A stretch of DNA of 43,681 nucleotides from Verrucomicrobiia bacterium (GCA_035607275.1 DATNBW010000245.1:1-43681), one strand, 5' to 3'; numbered from the stretch's first letter, positions 1 to 8,516 are shown. A program made the numbers and translations. The notes: generated by a model from the letters alone, not told the origin.

Positions 1-468
1 GCCGTCCGCCCGACGCCCGGAGCGCCGGGCGGGATCCGCCGGGCGACCCAGGCCGACCGGCCGCTCCTCATCGAGTGGCTCGATGCGTTCGCCCGCGAGG
101 CGCTGGGTGAAGCCGATCTCGCGGCGGCCGGCGAGATCGCGGATCGGTATCTCGCGGGCCCGGCGTCGGTTCGCGGGCTCTTCCTCTGGGACATCGACGG
201 CACGCCGGTGTCGATGGCAGGCATTGCGGGTCCAACCCCGAACGGGATCCGCGTGAACGCCGTCTACACGCCGCCCCGTTTGCGCGGGCGCGGCTACGCG
301 ACAGCGTGTGTCGCCGAGCTGAGCCGCGCGCAACTTCGGGTGGGGCGGCGCTATTGCTTCCTCTTCACCAACCTCGCGAACGCCACGTCCAACGAGATCT
401 ACCAGCGGATCGGCTACGTGGCGGTCGGCGACGTGGATCGGTACGAGTTCTCCGCTCCTACGAGCTAG
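1..468 (+). CDS. GNAT family N-acetyltransferase (3' portion; 5' end lies outside the window)
   Basis: Frame 1 is open from the window edge to TAG at 466-468. The C-terminal part contains RLRGRGYATACVAEL (GNAT motif A, R-x-x-G-x-G/A). GC3 is high. Confidence 0.7.
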   Translation, partial: AVRPTPGAPGGIRRATQADRPLLIEWLDAFAREALGEADLAAAGEIADRYLAGPASVRGLFLWDIDGTPVSMAGIAGPTPNGIRVNAVYTPPRLRGRGYATACVAELSRAQLRVGRRYCFLFTNLANATSNEIYQRIGYVAVGDVDRYEFSAPTS

Positions 469-888
469 GCCCACATTGCGTCGAGGCCATCGGGGTGGGA
501 TCCCGAGGGAAACGGGTGGCATTCGTCGCGCGGTCGCCCACGTGGTCCAGAGCGACCGTACCTTTTTCGGTCAGACCTGCCTCGCACCGCTCGATGCAGT
601 CCTCCGACGGGCTGGACGGAGACCTGATGGGCATCCGCCGGGCCTTCGTGCGACCGTCGCGAGGCGCGTCTGCAAGGCACGAACGAGCAGGTCGGCCCTG
701 GACCGCGCGGCTCTCCGCACGTCGATAGCCTCGAGCGATCGCCTCGCGATGAGAGCTCAATCGAGCGAGGCAACACCTACACGGCGATGGAACGAAATGG
801 TCGTCGCCCTCCCCTTGCCTGATACAGCAGCCATCGCCCCGAAGCCGGCCCGCAGAGGGCTGCCGGGACGAGGCAAGGAGAGCGAGCA

Positions 889-1461
889 ATGCGCAGGCGA
901 CAGTTGGCAGTCCTGGCCGTCGGCGTCGCACTCATGTTGCTCGGAGGGACAACCGGCGCGGCGGCACGAACGCTGGTCGACCCGACGACCTTGACGCCGC
1001 CGCTGCGGGCGGACCGCATCTGCTACCAGCTCGGGCCATACGTGCAGTGCGACACGAGCGGCGTGTCCATCACCGAGAACTCGCCGGTCGACCAGCTTCC
1101 GTGCGGCCAGCTGTACGAGACCGGCAAGCACGTGAGCAACTCGACCCGCTGGTACCAGGACGGGCTGCTGTTCCGACGGAGCGTTCAGGAGCAGGAGGCC
1201 GGCACGTGGAGCCTGTCGCCGACGGGGGATGGACCGTTCGTCGCCTGGACGAAGGACTCAAGTTGGACCGATGACTTCATCGTTCCCGGCGACATCGCGA
1301 GCTTCGTCCGGACGGCCCACGGGCTGTTCCTCCACGTGCCGGCACTCGGCATCGAGCTCCACGAGTCCGGGACCAGCGTCAACGACGGTGAGCTCGAACA
1401 CGGCCTGTTCACGACCGACGACGCGGGCGTCAACCAGCTCTGCGCAATACTCGTCGGCTAG
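889..1461 (+). CDS. secreted hypothetical protein (Sec-type signal peptide, 4 Cys)
   Basis: AAGGAGA lies 7 nt upstream of the ATG. The N-terminus MRRRQLAVLAVGVALMLLGGTTGAAA is a typical signal peptide. I recognise no family. Confidence 0.6.
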   Translation: MRRRQLAVLAVGVALMLLGGTTGAAARTLVDPTTLTPPLRADRICYQLGPYVQCDTSGVSITENSPVDQLPCGQLYETGKHVSNSTRWYQDGLLFRRSVQEQEAGTWSLSPTGDGPFVAWTKDSSWTDDFIVPGDIASFVRTAHGLFLHVPALGIELHESGTSVNDGELEHGLFTTDDAGVNQLCAILVG

Positions 1462-1653
1462 ACGCGGAGGCAAGGCACGAATTGACCTGTCGTGCGGTAC
1501 GGCCAGGTGGACCGCCTCGCCAAGACATCTGCGCCCGGCAAGGGCGTCAGCCGGGACGGGCGACCGTCGTTCGATGTGGAACGATCCGGTCGCCGACGGT
1601 CCCATACTCGCTGAGCGCGGCCACCGTGGGTCGCGTCGCGAAGGTGCCCGCCC

Positions 1654-2211
1654 GTGCAGCATGATCTCGTGATCCGGGCGAAGGAAGGTGACCACGACGC
1701 CTTCTCGAGCCTCGCCGCAGCCTCGATACGGCACCTCCTCGCCACCGCGCGACTCATCGTTCACGATGCGGACGCGGCGCAGGACGCAGTCCAGGATGCC
1801 CTCATCAATGCGTGGCTCGACATCAAGGGGTTGCGTGATCCCGACCGTTTCGATGCCTGGCTTCACCGCCTTCTCGTTCGCAGCTGCTATCGGGTTGCGA
1901 GACACAACCGGGGGCGGCGCGCCATCGAAGTTGAGTTCCTGCCGACCGACGCCCCGTCGACCACGGATGCCCAGGCTGCCGTTGTCGCCCGGGATCAACT
2001 CGATCGGGCGTTTCTTCGCTTGACCGTCGAGCAACGGGCCGTGCTCGTCGCCCACCACTATCTCGATCTCAGCGATGGCGACGCGGCCACGGTCCTCGAC
2101 ATTCCGCTCGGAACCTTCAAGTCTCGCCTGAACCGTGCCTCGATCGCCCTTCGTTCCGCGGTCGAGGCGGACGACCGCGGTGCGACGGTCCCACAGGAGT
2201 CGATCGCATGA
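1654..2211 (+). CDS. ECF-type RNA polymerase sigma factor (sigma-70 family)
   Basis: Region 2 (DAAQDAVQDALINAWLDIKGLRDPDRFDAWLHRL) and region 4 HTH (LDIPLGTFKSRLNRA) are recognisable. Its stop overlaps the next gene's start (ATGA at 2208-2211). Confidence 0.85.
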   Translation: MQHDLVIRAKEGDHDAFSSLAAASIRHLLATARLIVHDADAAQDAVQDALINAWLDIKGLRDPDRFDAWLHRLLVRSCYRVARHNRGRRAIEVEFLPTDAPSTTDAQAAVVARDQLDRAFLRLTVEQRAVLVAHHYLDLSDGDAATVLDIPLGTFKSRLNRASIALRSAVEADDRGATVPQESIA

Positions 2212-3566
2212 CCGGGCGGTACGCGGACTTCGATCGGCGCGTCGAACGGTGGCTCGACGAAGCCTCGGACAGCTTCGCCGCCGGGGCGCTGCTCGATGCG
2301 GTCCTCGATGCCACGCGCGACCGACCTCAGCGCCCGGGATGGATCGTTGCGCTCCGGGGTGGCGGCATGGGGACGACCCGGTTCATCGCGGGTCAGCCCG
2401 CTCGCCGTGTCGGGCGCGCCCTGGTGGTGCTCGTGGCGGTGCTCCTCGCGCTCGCGGTCGGGCTTCTCATTTCCGGAATCGGCCGCCAGCCGCTCACGCT
2501 CAACGCGACCATCGACTTCTTCCGAACGGACGATGCGCGAGAGAACAACACGCCGTTCATCGTGAATCGCGACGGAACGCACGAGACGCAGCTTGCCCAG
2601 AGCGCCGGGTTGCTCTCGCCGGACAACAGACTCCTGCTGAGCGGGCACGAAGCCGCGTGGATCCGACCCGCCGTCTCCAACCCGGATGGAAGCGGCCTAC
2701 GGGTGCTGGATGCCTATCCGGACCTGAAGATGCAATTGATCCCGGTCGCCTGGTCCCCGGATGGATCGCGGATCCTGGTCGCAACCGGCGGCGAGGACAT
2801 GACCCCGTCGGGCATTGGCCTCTACACCGTCCGGTCAACCGATGGGGGCGACCTGATTCGGCTCGTTTCGACGCCGTCGGGGGATAGCGATGCCATCCGA
2901 GGCTATTCACCTGACGGCTCCATGGTCCTGTTCAGCCGGATCGGCTTCGACCCGGGAATCTTCGTCGTGAACTCCGACGGTACCGGCCTGCGGCGTCTGA
3001 GCGTCCCCGACTCGGTTCCGGTCGATCTCGATTTCTGGGATGCGGCGTCCGTCGATTGGTCGGCCGATGGCAGGGAGGTCGCGTTCTGCGCCCTCGACGC
3101 GTCTTCGCTTCCATCGGGTCAATCGAATTCGGACTTGCGGGGAGCGCCCGGGATGTATCTCGTCAATCGCGACGGCAGCGGGCTCCACGAGATCGTCCCC
3201 TCGAGGCTTGGCGCACTCTCGGCACGCTGGTCACCGAGCACGGACACGATCGCCTTCACCAGCGGCCACCTCGGGCTCGTCCACACGCCGGCGGGCAAGG
3301 AACTGACCGGGCAGCCTCAGGTCTGGACGGTGCACGGTAATGGGTCCGGCCTCACCCAGCTGACCGACGGCCGAGACCGGTCCGTGTCAGTCACTCCCGT
3401 CTGGTCGCCCGATGGCACCGAGCTTCTCTTCCAGCGCAAGCTGGGCAACTCAGTGACTCTTTGGATCATGAATGCCGACGGAACCGCCCAGCGACAGGTA
3501 ACTCCTACCCCTGTCGCAAGCGACTTCGTCGGCGAGTACGGCTGGGCACGTCTGCCATCGCGATGA
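2208..3566 (+). CDS. putative anti-sigma-like membrane protein with extracytoplasmic TolB-like (PD40/WD40-like) beta-propeller
   Basis: Translationally coupled to the ECF sigma gene. It has a short cytoplasmic N-terminus and one TM segment (ALVVLVAVLLALAVGLLISGI). It carries repeated W/YSPDG motifs: WSPDGSRIL, YSPDGSMVLF, WSADGREVAF, WSPSTDTIAF, WSPDGTELLF. Confidence 0.75.
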   Translation: MTGRYADFDRRVERWLDEASDSFAAGALLDAVLDATRDRPQRPGWIVALRGGGMGTTRFIAGQPARRVGRALVVLVAVLLALAVGLLISGIGRQPLTLNATIDFFRTDDARENNTPFIVNRDGTHETQLAQSAGLLSPDNRLLLSGHEAAWIRPAVSNPDGSGLRVLDAYPDLKMQLIPVAWSPDGSRILVATGGEDMTPSGIGLYTVRSTDGGDLIRLVSTPSGDSDAIRGYSPDGSMVLFSRIGFDPGIFVVNSDGTGLRRLSVPDSVPVDLDFWDAASVDWSADGREVAFCALDASSLPSGQSNSDLRGAPGMYLVNRDGSGLHEIVPSRLGALSARWSPSTDTIAFTSGHLGLVHTPAGKELTGQPQVWTVHGNGSGLTQLTDGRDRSVSVTPVWSPDGTELLFQRKLGNSVTLWIMNADGTAQRQVTPTPVASDFVGEYGWARLPSR

Positions 3567-3682
3567 GCTGCACGCCTGCACCCAACCGGGGCCGGCGACG
3601 TTCGTCGTGGCCGGGCAGGTATCCGTTTTTCGCTGTCCGAGCGTTGTCGCCACCAAGCCGTGCTTGAGGGAGCCCATGACTG

Positions 3683-3708
3683 GACCTTCGAACCAGAGGC
3701 CGAAGGTC
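3683..3708 (+). terminator. hairpin (8-bp stem GACCTTCG/CGAAGGTC, 10-nt loop) downstream of the anti-sigma-like gene
   Basis: Perfect inverted repeat read directly from the sequence. There is no U-tract. It also forms part of a tRNA-like relic (see findings). Confidence 0.3.
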
Positions 3709-3740
3709 TATCCAAGCTACGCGGGTATCATGCGGTCCAC

Positions 3741-3816
3741 GCGCCTGTAGCTCAGTGGATAGAGCGTCGGCCTCCGGAGCCGAAGGTCGCAGGTTCGAAT
3801 CCTGTCGGGCGCGCCA
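3741..3816 (+). tRNA. tRNA-Arg (anticodon CCG), CCA encoded
   Basis: Cloverleaf folded by hand. Acceptor: GCGCCTG/CGGGCGC. D arm: GCTC-AGTGGATA-GAGC. Anticodon stem TCGGC/GCCGA with loop CTCCGGA. T arm: GCAGG-TTCGAAT-CCTGT. Discriminator G followed by CCA. Confidence 0.9.
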
Positions 3817-3899
3817 GCACAGATGTTCTATTTCGTGCCCGTCATCGACTCCGTCGACGCACCCCGCCCATGCGCACGGAGCTCGATCGCCCAACGGCC

Positions 3900-4060
3900 A
3901 GTACTTGCGGATCTCGGGTGCCAGACCTGCATCCAAGCCGCCAACGGGAACAGAGCCGCGCCCTCGACGCTTGGTCCGCGCTGCCGGTCCGTTCGATTGG
4001 TAGTCGTCGACCGGCCAGGCGGTCCCCGCCACTGCTCGAGGACCCAAAGGATTTCGTCGA
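3900..4060 (-). mobile_element. possible decayed IS5/IS1182-type (DUF4096-like) transposase N-terminal remnant, frameshifted
   Basis: Minus-strand translations in three frames give EILWVLEQW, then GTAWPVDDYQSNGP, then RARLCSRWRLG. From memory these resemble the [21 protein letters not shown]...RFRRWRRDG signature. No intact ORF and no terminal repeats were found. Confidence 0.25.
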
Positions 4061-4151
4061 CGAGGGACCGGAAGCCACGATCGGGATCCGCCGGCGAAGG
4101 CCGCCCGCCGCTCGCGGACGGCCTCGCTCGGTCGCGCGAAGTCCCGACGGC

Positions 4152-4634
4152 CTACGGCGCGACCTCGAGCTCAACATTGACTGCCGGATGTGGATGGGCC
4201 GAATAGTGACCCAGGGTGACCGGGAAGGACGCGCTCCCGAACCCCGGGAAGGACACGACGTACCACCCTTCGTTGTTCGGGTCAGACCAGGTTCCCATTG
4301 TCGCGTCAAAGCCAATCGGTGTTGGCGACCATACCCATGCCACCTCGCTCCGGATCGGGTCGGCACCTCCGCCGAGCCCCGGGAAATGGCTGCACACTGC
4401 GCCAGCGACGTCGGCTGTCCCGGTCGTTGGGCCACCGTCGATTTCGATCCAGATCCAGACACCGCCGAGCCCGAACGGCCCTTGGCAGTAGGCGGAATTG
4501 TTGCAGTTCTGTGAGTACTCGATCTGCGCCTGTGGCTTGTCCGCGCTTCCGTACGCCGACATGCCTCCTGCTGTGAAACCAAGGAGTGCCGCGGCCAGCA
4601 TGCCGGCCAACAGGGGTAATCGAACGATCCTCAC
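4152..4634 (-). CDS. small secreted hypothetical protein
   Basis: GGAGGAGG lies 4 nt upstream of a GTG at 4634. The N-terminus VRIVRLPLLAGMLAAALLGFTAGG is signal-peptide or TM-like. The track ORF extends to 4691, but that extension has no RBS. Confidence 0.6.
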   Translation of the reverse strand: MRIVRLPLLAGMLAAALLGFTAGGMSAYGSADKPQAQIEYSQNCNNSAYCQGPFGLGGVWIWIEIDGGPTTGTADVAGAVCSHFPGLGGGADPIRSEVAWVWSPTPIGFDATMGTWSDPNNEGWYVVSFPGFGSASFPVTLGHYSAHPHPAVNVELEVAP

Positions 4635-4867
4635 CGAGCCTCCTCCTTCCGATTCTTGAACGGGCTTTGCGCGCCCAGTTCGGTCCGACACGTGACAGGA
4701 CTCACATCAGATCCTTCATCCGAATCGTCCTCCCGCTGCAGCGCCGGTCACCATGAACGGCCCTCCTAGCGACTCGTGACCGACCGGGGGCCCGCCTCAG
4801 CTCGTCGCCGTTCCGCCGACCGGCGGCGATTGCGTCAAGGCGGGTACCGAGCAGACTTGTTTCGTTG

Positions 4868-4904
4868 TAGTTCACAACTAGACGCGGACTCTAGTCACCG
4901 AGTC
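4868..4904. promoter_or_regulatory. two short inverted repeats (TAGTT-N3-AACTA; GACTC-N8-GAGTC) directly upstream of the TetR gene; candidate operator
   Basis: Palindromes at 4868-4880 and 4887-4904 were read directly. They lie in the divergent intergenic region immediately before the GTG at 4912. Confidence 0.35.
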
Positions 4905-4911
4905 TGATAGT

Positions 4912-5586
4912 GTGTCGGCTGCGATGTCGGCTGTCAAGAGATCCGAACCAACCCAACCGACGAGGCTGTCGCGGCGCGGGCGGGCAAAGGCGACCCACTG
5001 GCGGATCGTCAAGGCTGCCTACACGCTCTTCTGCGAGCGTGGCTATGCCGGCACGACGATGGCCCAGATCGCCGAGGGCGCGGACGTGGCGGTCCAGACC
5101 GTCTATTTCACCTTCCACACGAAGGCGGCGCTGTTGAGTCGCGCCTATGACTTCGCCGTGATGGGTGAAGAGGAACCGAGGTCTCCCGACCATCAGCCCT
5201 GGTACGCGGCCATGACCGCCGCTCCGGGGGTTTCCGAGGCCCTCCGCCATTTCGTCACGGGCGTGGGCGAAATCGCCCGGCGAGTTACGCCCTTGTACCT
5301 CGTCGCCCGGGTGGCTGCGGATCAGGATCCGGAGACCGCACGGGTGATGGCGTTCCACGAGCGCTGGCGATCCGATGGCTATCGAGCGGTCCTTGAACTC
5401 CTTCGGGCCAAGGCCGAGCTCCGTCCGGGGCTCACTCTGGAGCGTGCCAACGACCTGCTGCTGCTCTTCGCTGGGAGTGAGGTCTATAGCGTCCTCGTCG
5501 GCTCACACGGCTGGTCGCACGAGGAATGGCTCGATTGGACCGTGTCGACAGTGGCGGAGCAAATCTTTGGCCACGCTGCCACTTGA
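4912..5586 (+). CDS. TetR/AcrR family transcriptional regulator
   Basis: N-terminal HTH signature: IVKAAYTLFCERGYAGTTMAQIAEGADVAVQTVYFTFHTKAALL. Confidence 0.85.
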   Translation: MSAAMSAVKRSEPTQPTRLSRRGRAKATHWRIVKAAYTLFCERGYAGTTMAQIAEGADVAVQTVYFTFHTKAALLSRAYDFAVMGEEEPRSPDHQPWYAAMTAAPGVSEALRHFVTGVGEIARRVTPLYLVARVAADQDPETARVMAFHERWRSDGYRAVLELLRAKAELRPGLTLERANDLLLLFAGSEVYSVLVGSHGWSHEEWLDWTVSTVAEQIFGHAAT

Positions 5587-5920
5587 GAGGCCGTGGACGG
5601 TGCGCATCGGGCTGACCGGGGATCACATTCCAGCCGGGAGCTCTTGGGGGAGCCTCACTGAGCTGGCCGTCCCCGTCACGCCGGGAGCTCGTCCGCACCT
5701 GGGTAGCTACGGCGAGCCGCTGGGCAGGGCTATGCGACCGAGGTCTCGCGAGCTCCTATCTGGCCGGCGTTCGCTTGGCCCTCGATTTCGGCTCCTGGTC
5801 GTTCGCCCAGCCGCACGACTCCGACGACGCTGACATCGTCAAGCTGATGGTGATCCTCGTCGAGGCAGCGATGCGACGTCGGTAAGAGGTTCCGAAATGG
5901 TCGGACGGACTACGGACTGA

Positions 5921-6142
5921 CTACCCGGCTTGGCGACGCAGTTGCCGTGATCTGAACCAGGACAACGTCCGCTCGACCGCCTCCGCGAGTTGAACCGGCT
6001 GGTACGGCCCGAAGGCGCGTTGCCACTTGCTGTCGTCGACGAGGAACGGGCGCTCCCATTGGTAGAGCGTCTCGTTCAGCTCGCGCGTGCGGGGCGAAAA
6101 GAGTCCACCGATTCTGACCGTGAGGCGACCGACGCGGCCCAT
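5921..6142 (-). pseudogene. 3'-terminal remnant of an NAD-dependent epimerase/dehydratase (SDR) gene
   Basis: The last 73 codons of the 812-aa track ORF read GLFSPRTRELNETLYQWERPFLVDDSKWQRAFGPYQPVQLAEAVERTLSWFR. This matches the conserved C-terminus of SDR epimerase-family proteins. Everything upstream is antisense to the SARP gene and is not protein-like. Confidence 0.45.
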
Positions 6143-6343
6143 CTTGGCGGGTTGATGACAACACGAGCCAGCGCGAGCGCCACGCGGTGGGCCTGCGCCT
6201 CGGGTGCAAGAACGGATCGAGACGATCCGCTCCCCCCGACGAGTCCCCTCTGATTGGCCCTCGAGGCGCTTCGAGTCCGTCCGGGGGCCCCCGTCCGTCC
6301 GTGCGCGCTTGTCGATCGCAGGGCGAGCGAGCATGCTCTGAGC

Positions 6344-7924
6344 GTGGTCCGGGTCTCGATCCGAACTCTTGGGGCGTTCGAGGTGCGGCTCGGCAATCGT
6401 TCCGTCCCGGCCAGCGCCTGGACGCAGCGCCGAGCCTCCGACCTCGTCAAGATCCTTGCGCTCGCCGACGGGCATCGGGCCCACCGTGACCGCGTCATCG
6501 ACGCACTCTGGCCAGATCTCGCGCCGGAGGCTGGCGCGGCAAACCTGCACAAGGCCGCCCACTATGCTCGGAAAGCACTTGGGTCCGCGGACGCGGTCGT
6601 CCTGCGCGAGAGCCACCTGGCTCTGTGGCCGACCGCGTCTGTCGAGGTCGATTCGGGTGTGTTCCAAGCGGCTGCCGAGGCGGCCCTGGCCGCAGGCGAC
6701 TCCGATGCCTGCCGCGAGGCCGCCGACCTCTATCGCGGTCAGCTCCTGCCGGACGACCGGAACGAGGAGTGGGTGCAGGTCCCGCGCGATCGTCTTCGGA
6801 CGCTCTATCTGCGGACGCTGCGGGGGGCCAGGCTGTGGGAACGGGTCGTCGCCGAAGAGCCGACCGACGAGGCCGCGCAGCGGGCGCTGATCCGGAGATA
6901 TGCCGAGACGGGCAATCGCTTTGCCGCCTTGACCCAGTTCCACTCGCTCCGGGACGCGCTCGCGCAGGACGGTCTGGAGCCCGATTCGGAGTCGCTCGCC
7001 CTGTTCGGCGAGATCGTCCACTCGCCGATTGCGATCTCGCCGGTGAGATACGTCCGGAATCGCGGCGTGAGCATTGCCTATCAGGTCGTGGACGGCGGTC
7101 CCGCGGACCTGCTGATGATCCCGGGCTGGGTCTCGCATCTCGCGCTCGACTGGGAGGAGCCGCTCTGGGTGGCGTGGTGCAAGCGGATGACGTCCTTTGC
7201 CAGGCTCATCCGCTTCGACAAGCGGGGAACGGGGTTGTCGGACCGGCCGCCAGGCGTCCAGCCGCTCGAGGAGCGGATGGAGGATGCGCGAGCCGTTACG
7301 GATGCCGCCGGCGTCGGCGTCGTCGACATCCTGGGCTGGAGCGAGGGCGGCCCACTGGCGATGCTGTTCGCGGCGGCGCACCCCGACCGGGTGCGAAGCC
7401 TCGTCCTGTACGGAACGCAGGCGTGCTTCGTGCTCACCCCTGACTACCCGTGGGGCGTTGCGCCCGAGGAGCGGGAGCCGATGAGCGAGGAGATCCGCGA
7501 GGCATGGGGCGAGCTCGACTTCGCTCGGTATCTCGCGCCGCGCGGCGACGAACGCTTTGCGGTCCGCTATGCCGCCTACCAGCGGGCCGGCGCCAGCCCG
7601 GCGATGGCCGCAGATCTCAACCGCATGAACCTGTCGATCGACGCTCGCGACCTGCTCGACCGGATCGGCGTCCCGACCCTGGTGATCACGCGCCGCGGCG
7701 ATGGGGTCGCGCCGGTTGCCGCCGCGCGGTACATGGCAGAGCGGATCCGCGGCGCTCGCTTCGTCGAGCTCGACGGCGACGATCACCTCCTGTGGGTCGG
7801 CGACATCGATGCGCTGTGCGGTGAGATCGAGCGCTTCCTCGCGAGCCTGCCTTCGCGAGCGACGGACGAGCCGCGATCGCCGGACGCGGCACGCGGGAAG
7901 GTTCCGGGAAGGTCGTCCTCCTAG
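6344..7924 (+). CDS. SARP/AfsR-type regulator (winged-helix + BTAD) fused to an alpha/beta-hydrolase domain
   Basis: The N-terminus is OmpR-like winged helix plus BTAD (IRTLGAFEVRLGNRSVP...WPDLAPEAGAANLHKAAHYARKAL...YRGQLLPDD...EEWV). The C-terminal half is an alpha/beta hydrolase with nucleophile elbow GWSEGG. The start is uncertain: GTG at 6344, or TTG at 6254. Confidence 0.8.
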   Translation: MVRVSIRTLGAFEVRLGNRSVPASAWTQRRASDLVKILALADGHRAHRDRVIDALWPDLAPEAGAANLHKAAHYARKALGSADAVVLRESHLALWPTASVEVDSGVFQAAAEAALAAGDSDACREAADLYRGQLLPDDRNEEWVQVPRDRLRTLYLRTLRGARLWERVVAEEPTDEAAQRALIRRYAETGNRFAALTQFHSLRDALAQDGLEPDSESLALFGEIVHSPIAISPVRYVRNRGVSIAYQVVDGGPADLLMIPGWVSHLALDWEEPLWVAWCKRMTSFARLIRFDKRGTGLSDRPPGVQPLEERMEDARAVTDAAGVGVVDILGWSEGGPLAMLFAAAHPDRVRSLVLYGTQACFVLTPDYPWGVAPEEREPMSEEIREAWGELDFARYLAPRGDERFAVRYAAYQRAGASPAMAADLNRMNLSIDARDLLDRIGVPTLVITRRGDGVAPVAAARYMAERIRGARFVELDGDDHLLWVGDIDALCGEIERFLASLPSRATDEPRSPDAARGKVPGRSSS

Positions 7925-7954
7925 CATCGCCACCCCATCCAGGAGGACGAGACG

Positions 7955-8434
7955 ATGCGACGAACATTCGGGGTGCTGGGAATGCTGGCAGCGGCGGCGA
8001 TCGCGTTCGCGCCGGCTGCATCGGGCGAATCGTCGGGTCCCGCGACCCCCACCTTCAACGTCGAAGCCACGCTTCTGCCAGTCCAGGGGGGACCCGAGGA
8101 CGCCTTCGGCCTCGTGAAGTTCCGGCAGCCGAAGGACGCGGACGTCATCGCGTATCTGGACGTCTGGGTCCGGGACCTGGCGCCCGGTACGTACCTGGTG
8201 CAGCGCGCGGTCGATCCGGTCGTGGACGACGTCTGCACCGGAACGAACTGGCCGATGCCGACGCTCGGTGCGGTCACGACCGACCTGTCGGGCACGGGCC
8301 GCGTGCAGCTGTCCCGGAGCTTGGCAGCCATCCCGCTCGGCACGGAGTTCGACATCCACTTCCGCGTGATCGACGCGGTGACGTCCGCCATCGTGCTGCA
8401 GAGCGGCTGCTACCAGTTTGTCGTCAGCCGGTGA
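7955..8434 (+). CDS. secreted hypothetical protein
   Basis: GGAGGA RBS is present. The signal peptide is MRRTFGVLGMLAAAAIAFAPAASG. I recognise no family. Confidence 0.65.
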   Translation: MRRTFGVLGMLAAAAIAFAPAASGESSGPATPTFNVEATLLPVQGGPEDAFGLVKFRQPKDADVIAYLDVWVRDLAPGTYLVQRAVDPVVDDVCTGTNWPMPTLGAVTTDLSGTGRVQLSRSLAAIPLGTEFDIHFRVIDAVTSAIVLQSGCYQFVVSR

Positions 8435-8516
8435 TCCTGGCGCACCCGAGATCGAGCGCCTTCCCCTCAGCCGCAGCCGTGACGCGCCGCGCGTCGTCGA
8501 GCGTCAACTCTGACAT
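8424..8516 (-). pseudogene. 5'-terminal remnant (30 codons) of a GlcG/HbpS-like (DUF336) heme-binding protein gene
   Basis: GAGGGAGA RBS plus ATG at 8516. The peptide MSELTLDDARRVTAAAEGKALDLG matches the typical DUF336 N-terminus. Homology then stops and a TGA follows at 8424, overlapping the end of the converging 7955-8434 gene. Confidence 0.45.

Noticed and set aside
458-994. Overlapping ORFs (458-931 -, 465-776 -, 476-994 +) in the 420-nt gap between the GNAT gene and the secreted-protein gene
   Set aside because: None has an RBS, a family motif or a convincing composition. GC3 of the best segment is only about 77%. The gap is left unannotated and could hold a small gene or an RNA that I cannot see.
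1578-1601. GGAAC ... CGGTC, a possible autoregulated ECF promoter upstream of the sigma gene
   Set aside because: The spacer between the motifs is only 14 nt, against the 16-17 nt I expect for ECF promoters, and the -10 element is not a clean CGTC. This is too weak to annotate.
3661-3740. Possible second tRNA gene on the minus strand next to tRNA-Arg
   Set aside because: I could not fold a cloverleaf. The T-stem would need a 4-bp stem with a 9-nt loop, the D-stem does not pair and the acceptor stem has a mismatch. I treat it as a relic only (see findings).
3505-4047. 180-aa minus-strand ORF
   Set aside because: It reads antisense straight through the tRNA-Arg gene. Only short stretches resemble an IS remnant, which is reported separately at low confidence.
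5616-5885. Stop-free plus-strand frame ending ...DADIVKLMVILVEAAMRRR after the TetR gene
   Set aside because: The only in-frame start-type codon is a TTG at 5775, which would give just 36 codons with no RBS. The frame has no recognisable motif and is shorter than any track ORF.
6143-8359. Upstream 740 codons of the 812-aa minus-strand ORF 5921-8359
   Set aside because: It lies antisense to the well-supported SARP-hydrolase gene and the secreted-protein gene, and its composition is Arg-rich junk. Only the last 73 codons (5921-6142) look like real protein and are reported as a remnant.
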